Positions 45,653 to 55,892 of a stretch of 57,408 bases of DNA are shown piece after piece. The position numbers and the translations under genes are program-made. The stretch is from positions 1 through 57,408 of the IMG/VR virus record IMGVR_UViG_3300048598_000451; one strand, written 5' to 3'. The notes beneath the pieces were generated by a model. That model saw only the letters and a list, made by a program, of their open reading frames with translations, made no database searches and had not been told where the DNA came from. Position 1 is the stretch's first letter. Each line of letters opens with the position of its first letter. The stretch is from a virus (Duplodnaviria > Caudoviricetes).

Positions 45653-48600
45653 GCTCGAACTCGTCGTCGAAGTCGATGTCAACAAGGCCAATGCGTCCAT
45701 CAAGACGGTCAACTCGAGCCTGTCGAGCATCGAGCAGACCGCAGCGAAAGCTGCGCATGGCGCCTCGTCCAGCATTGACGGCATGACCGCCGCCATGGTG
45801 AAGGGTGCCACCGCAGGCAGTCTCCTCGCCGATGCCATCAAGAGCGCTGTTGCCTGGGCCAAGGAGTTCACGGTGGGCTCCGTCATGATGGCTGCCGAGA
45901 ACGCCAAGGCAGAAGCTTCCCTGAAAGCGCTGGCAACCGCGCACGGAGTCGGTGCGGCGGCGGCCACGAGGCAGGTGGCGGCGATTGAAGAGATCGGTTT
46001 CGAGTATACCGAGGCGGCCCATGCCGTGCAGCGCCTCATCGTTGCCGACATGGACCTGGCCAAGGCCGAAGGTCTTGCCAAACTCGCTAAGAATGCAGCG
46101 GCGGTGCAGAACGTGTCTGCCGGCGAAGCGATGGATGCGATTGTCCTCTCCATCGAGTCGGGCGCTTCCCGCGGGCTCCGCACGCTGGGGCTCTTCGTCG
46201 ATTTCCAGAAAGAAGTCCTGATCCAGGAGCTCAAGCTGGGCCGCGCGTTGACCGATGCCGAGGAGAAACAGGTTCGGTACAACGCGGTGATGCGAGAGGG
46301 GGCGAAGATTCAGGGCGCCCACGCCGCCGCTTCTCAGACTGTGGAGGGGCAACTCGGAGCACTGCGCCGCGAGTTCAACAACCTACGGGAGGACATCGGA
46401 GCCAAGTTCCAGGATGATCTCCGGGCGCTGATTGGAAACCTGCGGGGCCTGGTCGGTTGGTTGAGAGAGAACACCGACCTCCTCACCAAGTTTGGTGAGA
46501 CGGCGCTGTGGGTCGCCGGAGTGCTCGCGGCGTATGGTCTCGCCACCAAGATCATGGAGCTGGCCAAGGCAATCGCCGCTCTCAACCTAGCCAGTTTGAA
46601 CCCGTATGCGCTGCTCGCCGGTGGCGTTTTTGCGGCGGGCGCCATCGTCTACTCTGAGTGGAAGAACACCCAGGAACAACTCAAGGCCCGCTACGACGAG
46701 ATGGAGCGGCAAGCCCTCCGCGACGACCTCTTCAAGGGCAAGGTCAAAGTGGATGACCTGCGCAAGAAGGGAATGACGGATGACCAGATCCGAGAGTTGA
46801 TCTCCGGCAAGAAGCTGTTGCCCGGGGAGACCTTCGAGTTCGGTGGCCCGAAGATTACCGTCAAGACCACGAACGAGCCGGACCTCGAAACCCTGAAGCG
46901 TGCGCAGGAGATCCGGAAAAGACAGGCGCAGGCGGAGCGGGATTCCCTGGAAGCAGCGCTCGCGGCTGAGGCTCATGGTGTCACGGGGCCGGCGAAGATC
47001 CTGCTCGAAATGCGAAAGGAGATCTCGAAGTTCACCACCTTCGTCGATGACCGGGGCGCCACGCATTCAATGCGTCTCACCGCCAAAACGCGCGAGAACC
47101 TTGAGCGAGAACTGCGCGCCAAGGTTCGGCAGATGCAGAAGGAAGAGATGGCCGACTACCTTAAGGAACAGCAGGAGGCGTACCAGCAGCGCCTGGCCTG
47201 GGAGTCGGACCTCTATCAGAAGCGCCTGGCCAACAACGAGGATATCGCGCGGCGAAACCTCGATCACCTCGCCGACGTGCACAGGTTCGAAGAGCAGCGC
47301 GCGGGCTACGGGCGCGATGCCCAGTTGCGGGCTGTCGAAGCGTTGGACGCGCAGACGCTCCGGCAAAAGCTCTGGGTCGAGCAGCGCAAGATGGAGATCG
47401 AGGTTGCATACCTCCAGCGAGTCAACGACATCAAGCTGCGGCTGTTCGACCTCGACACCTCGCGGATGCTGATCGAGGAAGAAGCCAACCTGAAGCGGCT
47501 CGGCTACAAGGCGGACGAGATCCGCGCGCGCATCGCCGAGGTCACCCAGCAGCGGCAGGACCTCCGCGGACAGCAACAGGAAGCCACCGACGCCGCCATT
47601 CAGGCAGCGCGGGAAAGTGCCGCCATCCGTCAGGGCCAGCTCATCCGCGATGAGAATCGACGGATCTTCGATTCCTTCAAGCGCCAGGCCGAGGGCGTCT
47701 TCGATGCGCTTCTCGCGAAGTCGCAGTCCATCTGGTCCGCGATCGGCAACTCACTGAAGACCGCCCTGCTGACGGCCATCAAGGACGTGGTGTCCTCGCG
47801 TGTTGCGGCGATGTTGATGCAGTTGTTCACCGGGCAGAAGGTCACATTCCAGCAGGGCGGAATGGGCGGCGGCGGGATGCTCGGCAAACTCGGCGGCATC
47901 CTTGGTGTCGGGGCCGTGCCTGTTTTCGCAGGCGGCGCGCCGGGCGCAACGCCGCCGTTTGTGCCGTCCGGGGGCGGGGTGCCGTCGATCATTCCCTCAG
48001 TGTTCGGGTCCCCCACTGGTGCCACACCTCCCTTCGTTCCCTCCACGGGTGGCGCGGCTGGAACGGGCGGCATCTTCTCGAAAGCAGGATGGGCGGGATT
48101 CCTCCCCGGGTTGAAGTCGTTCTTTGGGATCGGCGGCAGCGTCCAGTTGGCGCCCGGCGTCGCCACCACCTGGGAAGCGGCCACGCTGGGCCAGAAGCTC
48201 TCCTCCATCGGCAAGTCGAATGCCGCCCTGATGGCGGGCGCGATGCTGGCCTTCGACGGCCTTCGCCGTGGCGGTTTCACAGGCATGGCCGAGACCACCG
48301 CAGGCGGCGCGATGATCGGCTTCAAGTTCGGCGGGCCGCTCGGCGCGGCCATCGGCGCGGCCGCGGGACTGGTTGCCGGCATCGTGCGCCTCTTCGTGAA
48401 GGGTGCCGAGGAGAAGGCGAAGGCCAAGATCAAGGCGCTGTACGGCGTCGACATCGCCGACAAAGGCGTTCTGAAGCAGATCGTCGACACGGCGAAATCG
48501 GCCTTCGGCGGCAACCTCGATCTGGCTATCCGGTCGCCTCAGGTCCGCGACTTGATTCAGTTGTACGCGATGACCACCGGCCAGAAGCCCACGGGCATGC

Positions 48601-48926
48601 CCGGCACTGTGACGCCGCTGTCGCTCGTGGAGACCGCCGGTTCGCTGTTCCAGTCGCCGTCGTACAACAATGGCAGCCCACTGCCGGGACTGAGCGGCCT
48701 GCCTTCGCTCGACAAGATCGGCGGCGGGACGCCATCGGCCGCAGGGCCTACGGTCATCAACATCACCGTGCCGGGGGCCAAGGAGTTCTTCGAGAAGGAG
48801 ACCGTGCGAGTGGTGGTGGAGAATCCGCGCGCGGTCCAGTCCGCGGCGATGACGGCGACCAAGGCCAATGCGGGGAGGCGTGAGATGACGGGGCTGCAAC
48901 TCAGTCCGGGATTGATCGTGTCATGA
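45639..48926 (+). CDS. Tape measure protein
   Basis: 1095 aa, Ala-rich with coiled coils and Gly-rich hydrophobic segments. Confidence 0.88.
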   Translation: MADNKLELVVEVDVNKANASIKTVNSSLSSIEQTAAKAAHGASSSIDGMTAAMVKGATAGSLLADAIKSAVAWAKEFTVGSVMMAAENAKAEASLKALATAHGVGAAAATRQVAAIEEIGFEYTEAAHAVQRLIVADMDLAKAEGLAKLAKNAAAVQNVSAGEAMDAIVLSIESGASRGLRTLGLFVDFQKEVLIQELKLGRALTDAEEKQVRYNAVMREGAKIQGAHAAASQTVEGQLGALRREFNNLREDIGAKFQDDLRALIGNLRGLVGWLRENTDLLTKFGETALWVAGVLAAYGLATKIMELAKAIAALNLASLNPYALLAGGVFAAGAIVYSEWKNTQEQLKARYDEMERQALRDDLFKGKVKVDDLRKKGMTDDQIRELISGKKLLPGETFEFGGPKITVKTTNEPDLETLKRAQEIRKRQAQAERDSLEAALAAEAHGVTGPAKILLEMRKEISKFTTFVDDRGATHSMRLTAKTRENLERELRAKVRQMQKEEMADYLKEQQEAYQQRLAWESDLYQKRLANNEDIARRNLDHLADVHRFEEQRAGYGRDAQLRAVEALDAQTLRQKLWVEQRKMEIEVAYLQRVNDIKLRLFDLDTSRMLIEEEANLKRLGYKADEIRARIAEVTQQRQDLRGQQQEATDAAIQAARESAAIRQGQLIRDENRRIFDSFKRQAEGVFDALLAKSQSIWSAIGNSLKTALLTAIKDVVSSRVAAMLMQLFTGQKVTFQQGGMGGGGMLGKLGGILGVGAVPVFAGGAPGATPPFVPSGGGVPSIIPSVFGSPTGATPPFVPSTGGAAGTGGIFSKAGWAGFLPGLKSFFGIGGSVQLAPGVATTWEAATLGQKLSSIGKSNAALMAGAMLAFDGLRRGGFTGMAETTAGGAMIGFKFGGPLGAAIGAAAGLVAGIVRLFVKGAEEKAKAKIKALYGVDIADKGVLKQIVDTAKSAFGGNLDLAIRSPQVRDLIQLYAMTTGQKPTGMPGTVTPLSLVETAGSLFQSPSYNNGSPLPGLSGLPSLDKIGGGTPSAAGPTVINITVPGAKEFFEKETVRVVVENPRAVQSAAMTATKANAGRREMTGLQLSPGLIVS

Positions 48927-49393
48927 CCCGCCAGGAACTGCTTGCCAAACTTGTACGGGCGATCGCCGAGAATGAAGGCTTCTTTGTCACGGAAGCCCAA
49001 GCCAAGGCGCGCAAGATCCGCTTCCCCACCCGCGCTCAGATCAACGCGAACCCGGGCAACCTCCGCGCCTGGCGGGATGCGAAGGGGCATCCCTACCCGA
49101 CGAGCGGCGGCTATGTGGATTTCGTCGGTTGGGCCTCGTATCAGTTTCCCGGCATGTCGCGCGAGGAGATGAGCCACCGCGCACTTGAGGAAGGATGGCG
49201 CATCCTGCGCGTGCTCGCCGGCCAGTACATCGACGGGCGTTACACCGGCGGCAAGCCGCCGACGGTGGAGGAGATGTTTCACACCTACGCGCCGTCGTCC
49301 GATGGGAACGATTCGGTAGGTTACGCGCGCTTCGTAGCCGGAAGGCTTGGTGTGCGGCCGGACCAGCGGTTGATTGATCTGGTGACCGCCTGA
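48923..49393 (+). CDS. Lysozyme-like protein (NPGN family); endolysin or virion hydrolase
   Basis: AIAENEG, NANPGNLR and YAPSSDGNDSVGYARFVAGRLGV. Confidence 0.6.
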   Translation: MTRQELLAKLVRAIAENEGFFVTEAQAKARKIRFPTRAQINANPGNLRAWRDAKGHPYPTSGGYVDFVGWASYQFPGMSREEMSHRALEEGWRILRVLAGQYIDGRYTGGKPPTVEEMFHTYAPSSDGNDSVGYARFVAGRLGVRPDQRLIDLVTA

Positions 49394-49794
49394 TGCCCGG
49401 CTCCGTTCAGAACGCTGCGCCGTTGACGGTGATGCCGGCGAGCCTCTCGCGCTCATTCGCCCACGAGCGGGCATATCCAGTCGTCGACAGCGAGTACCGG
49501 AACGGTGAGTCACAGCGGTCGGCCCAGGCCACGAATAGCCGCAAACGCTGGCGCCTGGCGAAGCGGCTCACGCCGATCCAACTGGCGACGCTCCGGGATT
49601 TCTACGACGCCCGCAAGGGCCCGACCGAGCCGTTCTACTTTTACGACCCGTATGAGACGAGCCCGAAATTCTCGTCGGACCCAACCGGCCAGGCCGTTGC
49701 GGGCCGCTACACCGTGCGCTTCGCCGGCGATTGGAGCCAGTCGGTCGACCTCGGCCGAGCAGACGTGAACATCGAGTTGATTGAGTTGGCCTGA
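49393..49794 (+). CDS. Distal tail protein (DUF2460/gpM-like)
   Basis: GESQRS...LRDFYDARKGPTEPFYFYDP...VRF. Confidence 0.75.
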   Translation: MPGSVQNAAPLTVMPASLSRSFAHERAYPVVDSEYRNGESQRSAQATNSRKRWRLAKRLTPIQLATLRDFYDARKGPTEPFYFYDPYETSPKFSSDPTGQAVAGRYTVRFAGDWSQSVDLGRADVNIELIELA

Positions 49795-49811
49795 AACCCG
49801 GGGAGACCACG

Positions 49812-50195
49812 ATGGCGTTTTCCGCTTATCTCGACCAGAAGATTCTCGAAAAGGCGTTCCTCGGGCAGGACTTCCAGGTCGGCGAGCACTGGTGCAGCCT
49901 GCACACCGCCGACACGGGCAAGACCGGGCAGAGCGAGGCCTCAGGGGGCCCCTACGTGCGGCTGTCTCTCATGCAGTTCACGGCCGTCGACAGCGACGGT
50001 GCCGCAAAGCGGGTCCGGAATGTGCCGCCGTTGTTCTTCCAGGTTCCCGCCGGGACGTACACCCACCTCGGCATGTGGGACGCAGCCAGTGGTGGCAACT
50101 TTCTCGGCGGCGGCCCGCTGTCGTCACCAGCCACTGTCAACGACGGCGATTTCGTCATCGTCCGCGAGAATGACCTGTCCATCCTCCAGGATTAG
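49812..50195 (+). CDS. Minor tail protein
   Basis: SLHTAD...EASGGPYVR...THLGMWDAASGGNFL; GGAG SD. Confidence 0.65.
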   Translation: MAFSAYLDQKILEKAFLGQDFQVGEHWCSLHTADTGKTGQSEASGGPYVRLSLMQFTAVDSDGAAKRVRNVPPLFFQVPAGTYTHLGMWDAASGGNFLGGGPLSSPATVNDGDFVIVRENDLSILQD

Positions 50196-50203
50196 GAGCC
50201 CAC

Positions 50204-50680
50204 GTGTCCACGATCCGCACCCAGTTCGGTCCTGTGACCAACTTCGGCATCACGCTGAACGGCCTCGCGAGTTCCTTGGCACGCAGCTCTGCGAAGGTCG
50301 ACAACCAGAACAGCCGCTACATTGACGCGATCTGCCAGTTCAAGATCAAACCGTCGTCGGGATCGGTTGGCGACCGCTATTCCGTGTACTTCTTCGCCTG
50401 GGGCGCAGCCGATGACGCCTCGCCCATCTTCCCGGCTGGCGTGACCGGCGTCGATGAATCCGTGTCGGTGACGCTCGAAACACTCTCCATTCGCCAGATC
50501 GGCTCGCTGTACGTGCCGGGCGCGGGCACCCTGATCAGCCCGCCGTTTTCCGTCGCGCCCGCGTTCGGCAACGTGCTTCCGCCGGTCTGGGGCGTGCTGG
50601 TCATCAACCGTTGCGGGATGGCGCTCGATGTGTCCGACAATCTCGGCGTCTGGCGCGGCGTGGAGTTCGAGGTGGCCTGA
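50204..50680 (+). CDS. Hypothetical tail-region protein
   Basis: AGGAG SD before GTG; beta-rich. Confidence 0.65.
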   Translation: MSTIRTQFGPVTNFGITLNGLASSLARSSAKVDNQNSRYIDAICQFKIKPSSGSVGDRYSVYFFAWGAADDASPIFPAGVTGVDESVSVTLETLSIRQIGSLYVPGAGTLISPPFSVAPAFGNVLPPVWGVLVINRCGMALDVSDNLGVWRGVEFEVA

Positions 50681-51771
50681 TGCGTCACCTCCTGCTCAGT
50701 GCCGAGCCTCAGTCCTGCTTCCCCAGTGACCGCTATGAAGCGATTCCCGATTTCGCGTCGCCGCTCGCCGCCGGCCTGCACTCGCTGTGGCTGCCGAGCG
50801 GCCTTGAGCCTCGAAGCTCTGTGAACCCGTTTCACCTGAACGGCAAACGCGACCTCACTGGCGGCGAGTTCTCGGTTGGGTACTTCCGCCGCCGCCTCCA
50901 GACGGGCGCCGCGCTCTCCGGCCTGACGATTGCGCCAGGTTCCGGCGGCAACATCGCCACGCCGTTCGGCCACGCGTTCGCCTACAGCAACGAGCAGGCG
51001 GGCTTGTCAGTCGGGGGACTCGGCTACTGCCCCGTCTACAGCGGTGATGGGACCGGCAAGGTCCTCTCGATGTGCGTGTGGTTCCGGATCAATCGCGTCA
51101 ACGGCTCCGGGTACCCCACGATGATCGGCAACAGCTACTCGACCACCTGGTGGCTGGGCATCCGCACTTCGACCGGTACGTACAAGGCCATCTTTCGGAA
51201 CACCTCGGCCCCGTACGGAGGGTTCGAGTGGGGTTCCTACGGTGCGGATCTTCGGAAGGTCACCTGCGCGGCGTTCACGCTGCCTTTTGACGCCAATAAG
51301 ACGGCGAGCGTGTACCACAACGGTGTTTTGGCCGTGCAGGGCACGATGCCGAACGCCAGCGCGGTTGCGGGCAATGTTGACGTCTACGCCCTGTCGTCGG
51401 CGACGCCGGGCATGTTCGTTGAAATCTTCGGATTCGCCTCGTGGACGCGGGCGCTGTATCCGGAGGAAGCCCGCGACCTCGCATCCGGGCCATGGGTGTT
51501 GCTCGCCAAGCGGCATCGCTTCTGGTACGCGCCGCTCATGGCCTACCGTGCGGCGGAGATCGCCGGCGACTCCACTGTCGCGGCAGTGGACTTCCGCGGC
51601 ACGCCGAGGAGCGCGGTGATCGCGGGAACGGCTCGAATGGTCGCGTACCGCAGGCCGCCGGCGGCTCCGGAGCGCACTCTATCTATCAGACCGGAGAGCC
51701 GGTCCGTTTCTCCGGCGAGAGAATCGCGATCCTTTTCGGTGCCGCATGAGAGCCGGGGCATGGAAGCATGA
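50680..51771 (+). CDS. Tail protein with a probable LamG/concanavalin-like domain
   Basis: LSMCVWFR...SVYHNGV...WTRALYPEE resembles a LamG-like beta sandwich; TGATG coupling. Confidence 0.55.
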   Translation: MRHLLLSAEPQSCFPSDRYEAIPDFASPLAAGLHSLWLPSGLEPRSSVNPFHLNGKRDLTGGEFSVGYFRRRLQTGAALSGLTIAPGSGGNIATPFGHAFAYSNEQAGLSVGGLGYCPVYSGDGTGKVLSMCVWFRINRVNGSGYPTMIGNSYSTTWWLGIRTSTGTYKAIFRNTSAPYGGFEWGSYGADLRKVTCAAFTLPFDANKTASVYHNGVLAVQGTMPNASAVAGNVDVYALSSATPGMFVEIFGFASWTRALYPEEARDLASGPWVLLAKRHRFWYAPLMAYRAAEIAGDSTVAAVDFRGTPRSAVIAGTARMVAYRRPPAAPERTLSIRPESRSVSPARESRSFSVPHESRGMEA

Positions 51772-52031
51772 CCTTCACGAAGGATCCTAACGCGGTCCTC
51801 GACTACAGCATTGACTGGACTCGGTGGCTCGCCGGGGACCAAATCGCTGCGAGCGAGTGGATCGTTCCGTCAGAGTTCACCAAGATGGCCGACTCAAAGA
51901 CGTCCACATCTGCCACGGTCTGGCTCTCCGGCGGCACGGCGGGCCAGTCGTACATCGTCACCAACCGCATCACGACGGCGGCGGGGCGGACCGAGGACCG
52001 CTCATTCACGATCCGGGTCGAGGAGCGTTGA
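51768..52031 (+). CDS. Small fibre/tail adaptor protein
   Basis: KDPNAVLDYSIDW...VWLSGGTAGQSYIVTNRITT. Confidence 0.7.
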   Translation: MTFTKDPNAVLDYSIDWTRWLAGDQIAASEWIVPSEFTKMADSKTSTSATVWLSGGTAGQSYIVTNRITTAAGRTEDRSFTIRVEER

Positions 52032-52034
52032 GAG

Positions 52035-55000
52035 ATGCCCGACTACATCGGCAACATCGTCGTGCCGGAGATCGTCCCGAGCGGCGTGTTCCCGCTTGTC
52101 CCGGATTTCCCGCACGGGCACTCCCGCGCGCGCGAGATCGCGATCCATCAGTTCGGTTCGGGCAACGCCAAGATCGAACAGCGCTTTCTTCTCGGCACGG
52201 GCGCGCGGCGCTTCACCATCCGAAGGAACTGGCTGCGCGACGCCGATCGCATTGCCCTGCGGAACTTCTGGGAATCGAAGTACGGACCCTACGGCGCCTT
52301 CACCTACAACGCGCCGAACGATGACGGCGGCGGCACCACAGCCCACATCTGCCACTTCGCCAACGAGCCGCTGTCCTGGGAGATGGTCGCCGACTGGGCC
52401 TGCTCTCTCGGCGTCACGCTGATCGAAATCCCCACCACCTCGCCTTCCTACTCGATCACCCAGACCGTCAATCGCTTCCCGCCGTCCTCGCTCCAGACTG
52501 CGCTTCTCTCCCAGTTCCAGGAGATCATCCCCCTCGTCCGCATTCAGCCGCTCCAGTCGGGCTACCCGAGGATCTACATCTCCGACCGGCGTTGTACCGT
52601 CGGCGGCCAACTCTACCAGGCGCGGCTGCTGGAGTTCGACGGGATCTCGCAGTCCATCGGCAATGAGTCGGACGAGGCGCAGTTCACCTTCGGCAACGCT
52701 GACCGCGTGATGCGGGACCTGGCCAACGACGTGGATCTATTCCGGGCTGCGCTGGAGTTCTCACTCTTCCACGTCGTCACTGGCACGAAGCTCGACCTCT
52801 GGAAGGGCGACATCGTCAACTGGTCCTGCGACGCTGGGCCCGAGTTTAAGGTCACCGCCGCCGATGGCCTCTACGAACTGAACCTGCCGTACCCGACGCG
52901 TAAGATCTCCCGCACCTGCTGGAAACCGTTCGACTCGCAGGCTTGCCCGTACTCCAGCGCCGGCACGCTCGACTTGGTCCACTTCCCGAGTGCTGACGCC
53001 TCGAAGTGCGACAAGGGCTACGAGACCGGGAACGGCTGCCTCGCGCACGGCATGAAGCGCTACTACGGCGGCATCCTCGCCGAGCCGCAAGGCGTGCGCA
53101 TCAAGGATAATTCCACCGGCGTCTGGGGCTTCGGCCGCTCCACCATCACGAGCGTGTCGCTGGTCGCGGATTCGATCTACGACCAGATCGTGCCTGAGAT
53201 TTACACCGACAGCGAGATGCCCGTGAACTGCAAGGTCGCCGCCGGACGCGACGAGAGCGATTTTTACGAGGGCCTGGGCATTGTCGGCGAAGGTCCGCTT
53301 GGTGCATTCACGTCGGCGCACTACGAGGACCTCGACAACGACGGCACCACCGAGACGTTCGTCGGCAGCACGCTTGATGGCCAGGCGCACCACGGCTACC
53401 CCAACAACAACTACGGTCTGCGCCAGTGCCTCGGGGCCGATCCTGCCGCACCAACGGACTTCTTCTCCCTTGATCAATCCGGCAACACCACCGGCGGCGA
53501 TTGGCGCAAGGTCTACTCCGGCAACTCCACATATAAGGACAACTTTGCCGCCGGGACGGCATTCATCGTGATCCGGCGCAGCGACGCCAAGGGCCTGCAG
53601 CTGTCGAAGCCCGGCGATCACGCGATGGTCGCCAACGTCCAGTCCGGCATGAGCGGCTGGGTGTGGACCTCGCCCGGCGTGCGCGTCTACAGTCCGCCGC
53701 TCACCAATCCGGTCTGGGTCGCGATCAACATGCTGCTCCGGGCGCGCGGCCTGCGTTTGGGTTCTAACGCCACCACACAGCAACTGGACCTGGCCGAAGC
53801 GCTGTTCGACGTGCAGGCGGCCATCGACGCCGCGGCAATCTCCAATGACCAGGTCACCAAACTGGTCGGCACCGGCAGTGAGACGCAGTTCAAGTTCCGC
53901 GGCGTGCTCCAGGAGGAGAAGCCCCTCCGCGACTGGCTCCAGGAAGTTCTCATGAACTGCCTGGGCTACTACACCTTCGCCTTCGGCAAGCTCAAGATCG
54001 GCGTCCGGGAGAACTCCTCTGCAGTCGAAGCATTCACGCAGGGCAACATCCTCTTCAACTTCCTGCAACTGGCTCCGTTGAAGCCGTCCTTCAACCACCT
54101 CACGGCCAACTTTGCCGACGAGGACTACCAGTTCGTGAACAACTCCGTCAGCCTGTACGACATCGATCACGCCACATTGATCGGTGGCGGCGCCGGCCCG
54201 CTGTTCCTGAAGTCGAACGTGAACCTCTCGGGGACGGCGTCCAAGTCCCAGGCGGCGCGCATCGTGAGCGTTCGCATGCGCGAGGAACTCGGCGGCACGT
54301 CGCCGGCGGAGTGGAAGGCCGCGCGCCAACTGTCGTTCCGGACCACTGTGCTCGCGCTCAACACCGAGCCGGGCATGGTGTGCTCGATGACGCATCCGGA
54401 CATGCCAAACGGCTCGGGCGAGTTCCGGGTGACTTCCTGGCGGCTCAACAAGGACTATTCGATCGACATCCAGGGCCGCACCACAACGGACTCCATGTAC
54501 GACCTCGTCGCCGGGCCGAAGCCTGCCGACGTGGTTGCTGCCCCAGTGCCAGAAGAGGTCCTCATCGACACCGGCGTGCCGGGAATCGTCCACGGAACGC
54601 CGAAGCTCCTGGATTACGGCTCGTTCGCGGTCGATGATCTCGCGGTCGAGCCCGACGCGGCGGGCAACCTGAACATCACGGGCGCAACCGAGATCGCCAT
54701 GGGCCTCTACTACGTGGATGAGTTGGCCACGGACCTGTGGGCTAGTCTCGACGCCGCCGTCGACAAAGATACCGATCCCGTGATCGTTTCCTGCACCGTG
54801 AATCCGGACACTGCGCGCACCTTCCGCGTCGGCGATTACATCGTCTTCAACGACGAAGCGGCCGACGTCGTGCATGCCAGTCGCCGGTCCTACGAGTGCG
54901 CACAGATCATCGGCCCGGGCGACACCGGCGACGTGGTCCCATCCGGTTCCTTCCAGATCCAGCGGCGGCCTGCCGGAGACGCGCGCGAAGACTGGGCTTC

Positions 55001-55892
55001 GTTCGAGACGCTGCGGTGCGCCCATCTGAAGGGTGTCCGGTTCTACCGGCTCGACATGAAGATGTTCACCATGGCCGTCAAGAAGGGCTTCTTCCGGACG
55101 CCGGGTCTGCCCGCACGCATCGAAGCGAAGCTCCCGTCGGCCTGCATCGTGGCCGCGGTCGTCGGAGTGGCGAACCACTTTGGCTACGGCCCATCCACCG
55201 TCTTCCCGCTCTCCCATCACAACGAGCCGTTCATGCCGGGCGAGCGCACCTGCTCGGGCGGCGCCTACACGTTCCAGATTCCGGGTGCCCTCGCGGCACA
55301 GGACGAGGTGGCGATTCCGATGAAGGTCCACGATCCGGCCTCGCTCCGGTGCGTGTTCGCCTACGTACAGCAGCCAACTACGGACGGGCAGTCCGCCTAC
55401 GTCGTGAAGATCAGCCGCGACGGCGGCGCGACCTGGGAAGTGCTGGAGAAGATGGGCATCGCGCAGAAGCTGCCGGGCGGCTACAAGACCACCTACGACT
55501 ACCTGGTCGACGCCGGCTATGGTCCGCCGGAGACGCGCCGCCTGCCGTATGCCGACTACGGTCTGTTCAGCCTCAACGCCATCACCGGAAGCGGCTCGGC
55601 GCAGACCATCGCGACTGCGTCCTACGACGCCTCAACCACGGGGCTCGAGGTGGGACGCTTCGTGTTCTTGGAATTCGGGGCGGCGAACGAGGAGTGCGTG
55701 GAAGTCCTGGCGGTCGATCCGGAGGCGCAGACGTTCGATGCCGTGGTGACGAAGGACCACCCGGCCTGCTCGATCCGCCCCTGCATCTGGCCGACACCGA
55801 TTCTGCACGAAGGCAACGACCTCACGTTCGACATCAAGGCAGTGGCGTCGCCGAATCCGGGGTCCGACCTCACCGTGGTGATCCAAACGTAA
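52035..55892 (+). CDS. Large tail-tip/hub fusion protein
   Basis: 1285 aa. N-terminal DUF2460-like repeat, gpL-like Cys cluster (RTCWK...ACPY...KCDK...GC) and gpJ-like LTNPVW / PLRDWLQEVL / EPGMV segments. Confidence 0.75.
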   Translation: MPDYIGNIVVPEIVPSGVFPLVPDFPHGHSRAREIAIHQFGSGNAKIEQRFLLGTGARRFTIRRNWLRDADRIALRNFWESKYGPYGAFTYNAPNDDGGGTTAHICHFANEPLSWEMVADWACSLGVTLIEIPTTSPSYSITQTVNRFPPSSLQTALLSQFQEIIPLVRIQPLQSGYPRIYISDRRCTVGGQLYQARLLEFDGISQSIGNESDEAQFTFGNADRVMRDLANDVDLFRAALEFSLFHVVTGTKLDLWKGDIVNWSCDAGPEFKVTAADGLYELNLPYPTRKISRTCWKPFDSQACPYSSAGTLDLVHFPSADASKCDKGYETGNGCLAHGMKRYYGGILAEPQGVRIKDNSTGVWGFGRSTITSVSLVADSIYDQIVPEIYTDSEMPVNCKVAAGRDESDFYEGLGIVGEGPLGAFTSAHYEDLDNDGTTETFVGSTLDGQAHHGYPNNNYGLRQCLGADPAAPTDFFSLDQSGNTTGGDWRKVYSGNSTYKDNFAAGTAFIVIRRSDAKGLQLSKPGDHAMVANVQSGMSGWVWTSPGVRVYSPPLTNPVWVAINMLLRARGLRLGSNATTQQLDLAEALFDVQAAIDAAAISNDQVTKLVGTGSETQFKFRGVLQEEKPLRDWLQEVLMNCLGYYTFAFGKLKIGVRENSSAVEAFTQGNILFNFLQLAPLKPSFNHLTANFADEDYQFVNNSVSLYDIDHATLIGGGAGPLFLKSNVNLSGTASKSQAARIVSVRMREELGGTSPAEWKAARQLSFRTTVLALNTEPGMVCSMTHPDMPNGSGEFRVTSWRLNKDYSIDIQGRTTTDSMYDLVAGPKPADVVAAPVPEEVLIDTGVPGIVHGTPKLLDYGSFAVDDLAVEPDAAGNLNITGATEIAMGLYYVDELATDLWASLDAAVDKDTDPVIVSCTVNPDTARTFRVGDYIVFNDEAADVVHASRRSYECAQIIGPGDTGDVVPSGSFQIQRRPAGDAREDWASFETLRCAHLKGVRFYRLDMKMFTMAVKKGFFRTPGLPARIEAKLPSACIVAAVVGVANHFGYGPSTVFPLSHHNEPFMPGERTCSGGAYTFQIPGALAAQDEVAIPMKVHDPASLRCVFAYVQQPTTDGQSAYVVKISRDGGATWEVLEKMGIAQKLPGGYKTTYDYLVDAGYGPPETRRLPYADYGLFSLNAITGSGSAQTIATASYDASTTGLEVGRFVFLEFGAANEECVEVLAVDPEAQTFDAVVTKDHPACSIRPCIWPTPILHEGNDLTFDIKAVASPNPGSDLTVVIQT

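Noticed and set aside
47943-48044. GATPPFVPS repeated twice in the tape measure protein
   Set aside because: A protein-level duplication with diverged codons; short repeats are ordinary in tape measure proteins.
52761-55331. 856-aa antisense ORF (and similar ones at 16672-17910, 21002-22342, 41111-42445)
   Set aside because: These are shadow ORFs opposite well-supported genes, as expected in high-GC DNA.
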